In this document: positions 61,762 through 64,000 of the stretch, piece after piece
Position numbering within the stretch: position 1 is the stretch's first letter
Layout: each line of letters opens with the position of its first letter
Source: Eledone cirrhosa
Lineage: Eukaryota
Assembly: GCA_964016885.1 (NCBI GenBank)
Contig: OZ024740.1
Coordinates: 45,136,001-45,200,000, forward strand
Reading direction: 5' to 3'
Length of the DNA: 64,000 nt
Notes under the pieces: model-generated
Databases searched by the model: none
Told to the model about the DNA's origin: nothing
Seen by the model: only the letters and a program-made list of their open reading frames with translations
Position numbers and translations under genes: made by a program

Positions 61762-61994
61762 TTGATAAATAACTTGTGAATTGATTATTATTTAGTGTCT
61801 AATTGATTAACACTAATCAAGCTGACTTATGTTCAGAACCATTCGAGTAGTGACTATACAGTCTTTTTAGGGGTAAGTAGAACAAGATTATCTAATGTCT
61901 CATTTTATATTTAAAGTGTTATTTGGAGGAGATTTAGCTGTTATTTCTAGCAGAACAGGCAACCATACTGAGGCACTCTTGTAATATTATAGGT

Positions 61995-62609
61995 AATTAC
62001 TAAAACAGAGAATGTCTGTTTGTCTGATTGTCTGTCTGTACAATCACTAAAACTCGAGAACCACCCAACTGATTGTTTTCAAACTTTACACATGTAATAC
62101 TTATGGTGCTATTGAGTGTTCTGAGCAAAAAAAATTGCAAATTTTCAATGCCCTAGGGACCGCATTAGGCGATTTAGCGATCTCTTTCTTTCTCTTAGTC
62201 TTTCTCTTTTTAGATAGATACATAGATATTACGTTGCACCCTTATAATATCTGTCTGTATGCCTGACTGTCTGCATTACGTCATTATGACGCGGTGTGTG
62301 TGTATATATATATATAAACAAAAGTATTTATTTCGCGATAAAGTATTGATTTTCTTCGAACGGAAAAAACCCTGGTAATGTACGACAAACTTTTTTTATA
62401 AGCACAAAATGTAGACACCAACCCGAGGCCAAGGTATTCCATACTTCTCTGTACTGTTATTTATATATTCGTGTACAGATATTTTTGCATACACAATAAC
62501 AAAATATAAACAAACGTATTTACTTCACGAGGCTCGAGAAGGATAAATATATATCAAATATATAAGAACCCTAGAGCAAATCCCGAGCAACGCCGGGCCA
62601 TTCTGCTAG
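61995..62609 (+). mobile_element. Non-autonomous Helitron-like element
   Basis: 3' hairpin CCCGAGCAACGCCGGG (62582-62597) then CTAG|T (62606-62610). 5' region has a (GTCT)n microsatellite and CTCGAGAACC..GATT motif like non-autonomous Helitrons. 5' TC end not identified. Confidence 0.6.
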
Positions 62610-63586
62610 TATGTAACTAAATCATCTATATCATAAAAATCTCCAAATCTTCTATCTTCTTCATCCTTAAATCTCATTTATTGTAGTTATTGAACTACAT
62701 GTTCATCATATGGTGGAAAATTGGCAGAGTCGTTAGAACATCAGACAGAATGCTTTGCAATATTTGTTCAAAGTCTCTGCACTCTGACTTCAAATTCTAC
62801 CACGGTCAACTTGACCATTCATCTTTTTGAATTTGATAAAAAAAATACCAGTCTAGTACTGGTGTTCAATTCTTCCTCTATCTCTCATATATTCTAGGAA
62901 TAACAGTATCTTTAACAACTGGTAAGCCTCATGTTACTTTATGGTTCATTTTGATTATTAAGCAATTTAAAAATAATCAATCCATAATTCTTTTAATAGA
63001 GGTACAAATGATTTTGGTTTTCTGAAAATTTACCACACTTAATTCTAAAGAAAATCATTTCATCTGTAAGAATAAGCCAAGTTCAAAACATTTTGAAATA
63101 TATCTGAGTCCTAACACAGGTATGCATTCTATCACAGTTATTTCATGTGAGTTAAAATCCTTCCCTTCAATATGCTTCCTAAAAAGTTAAATAGTATTAT
63201 AACAAAATACATATCAGCAGCATAATCAACATTATCTTTGTCATTACATTCTTCATGTTCTACAAACATATTTTTCCATCCATGTTTAGATTAGACAGGT
63301 AAGCAGTACAGCATCATTCCAACTATCACCGTTCTTTCTCAATTTCCCACACATCATATATATATTTCATCTCATGACTTACTTGTCTTCTGCTAAAGTC
63401 ATTATAATATTAGATAAAATATCTCATGGCATGTTCTGGCTCTCTGCACTTTCAGTACACTTTCATCGTACAAGATACAAAGACAAAGATTTGAATCCTG
63501 ATCAACACCTACAGGTACACTGTGGTATGTAACTCAAATTGTGAGAAAACAATTCAGTTTAACCATTAGTTCTAGAAAACAAAGTT

Positions 63587-64000
63587 CATCATCATCATCA
63601 TCATCATCATCAGGTTTAGCGTCCGTGTTCCACGCTTGCATGGGTTTGGACGGGGGTTTTCCTACTTGAGGCAAGAGTGGTTGTCTTGCTCGCATAGGAC
63701 TGTCTGGCGGGTTTTCTACAGTTGGATGCCCTTCCTAACACCAACCACATTTACAGTGTGGGGCTGGGAGGTTTTTACCGTGTTGCCTACACGGCCACAT
63801 TACAGCGTGGACTGTCTGGCGGGTTTTCTACAGCTGGATGCCCTTCCTAACACCAACCACATTTACAGTGTGGGGCTGGGAGGTTTTTACCGTGTTGCCT
63901 ACACGGCCACATTTACAGCGTGGACTGTGTGTTTTTTGTCGTGACACCTACACGATCTCATTTGTTTCGGCCTGGATGTTGTGGGACCAACATAACTTTA
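63587..64000 (-). mobile_element. RTE subfamily 1 3' UTR with ~110-bp tandem duplication; element continues beyond window
   Basis: Matches 8280-8568 with one duplicated block; (GAT)n tail at ~63587-63611. Confidence 0.85.

Overview
AT-rich, microsatellite-laden eukaryotic genomic DNA. The SINE/LINE complement and repeat content suggest a cephalopod (Octopus-like); this is an inference. A giant multi-immunoglobulin (I-set) muscle-type gene (titin/obscurin/UNC-89/twitchin-like) crosses the window on the minus strand. I delimit ten coding exons by GT-AG sites and phase compatibility: five tandem 267-nt phase-1/1 one-domain exons, one exon absent from the ORF track, and a probable ~40.6-kb intron. 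The introns hold three RTE-clade LINEs inserted in (TA)n (one with an uninterrupted ~991-codon EN-RT frame, all with a PHD-type C4HC3 finger inside the RT C-terminal region), a CR1 LINE with an R4/Dong-like element nested in its (TTA)n tail, further R4-like and RTE relics, tRNA-derived SINEs, a ~600-bp RTE-derived non-autonomous element, MITEs and a Helitron-like element. The most unusual signals are (TA)n-embedded fold-back elements at 6.5-8.3 kb carrying hammerhead-ribozyme-like folds, one complete apart from a variant CAGAAGA core, plus several other long inverted duplications. All calls are by eye; nothing was searched or folded computationally.
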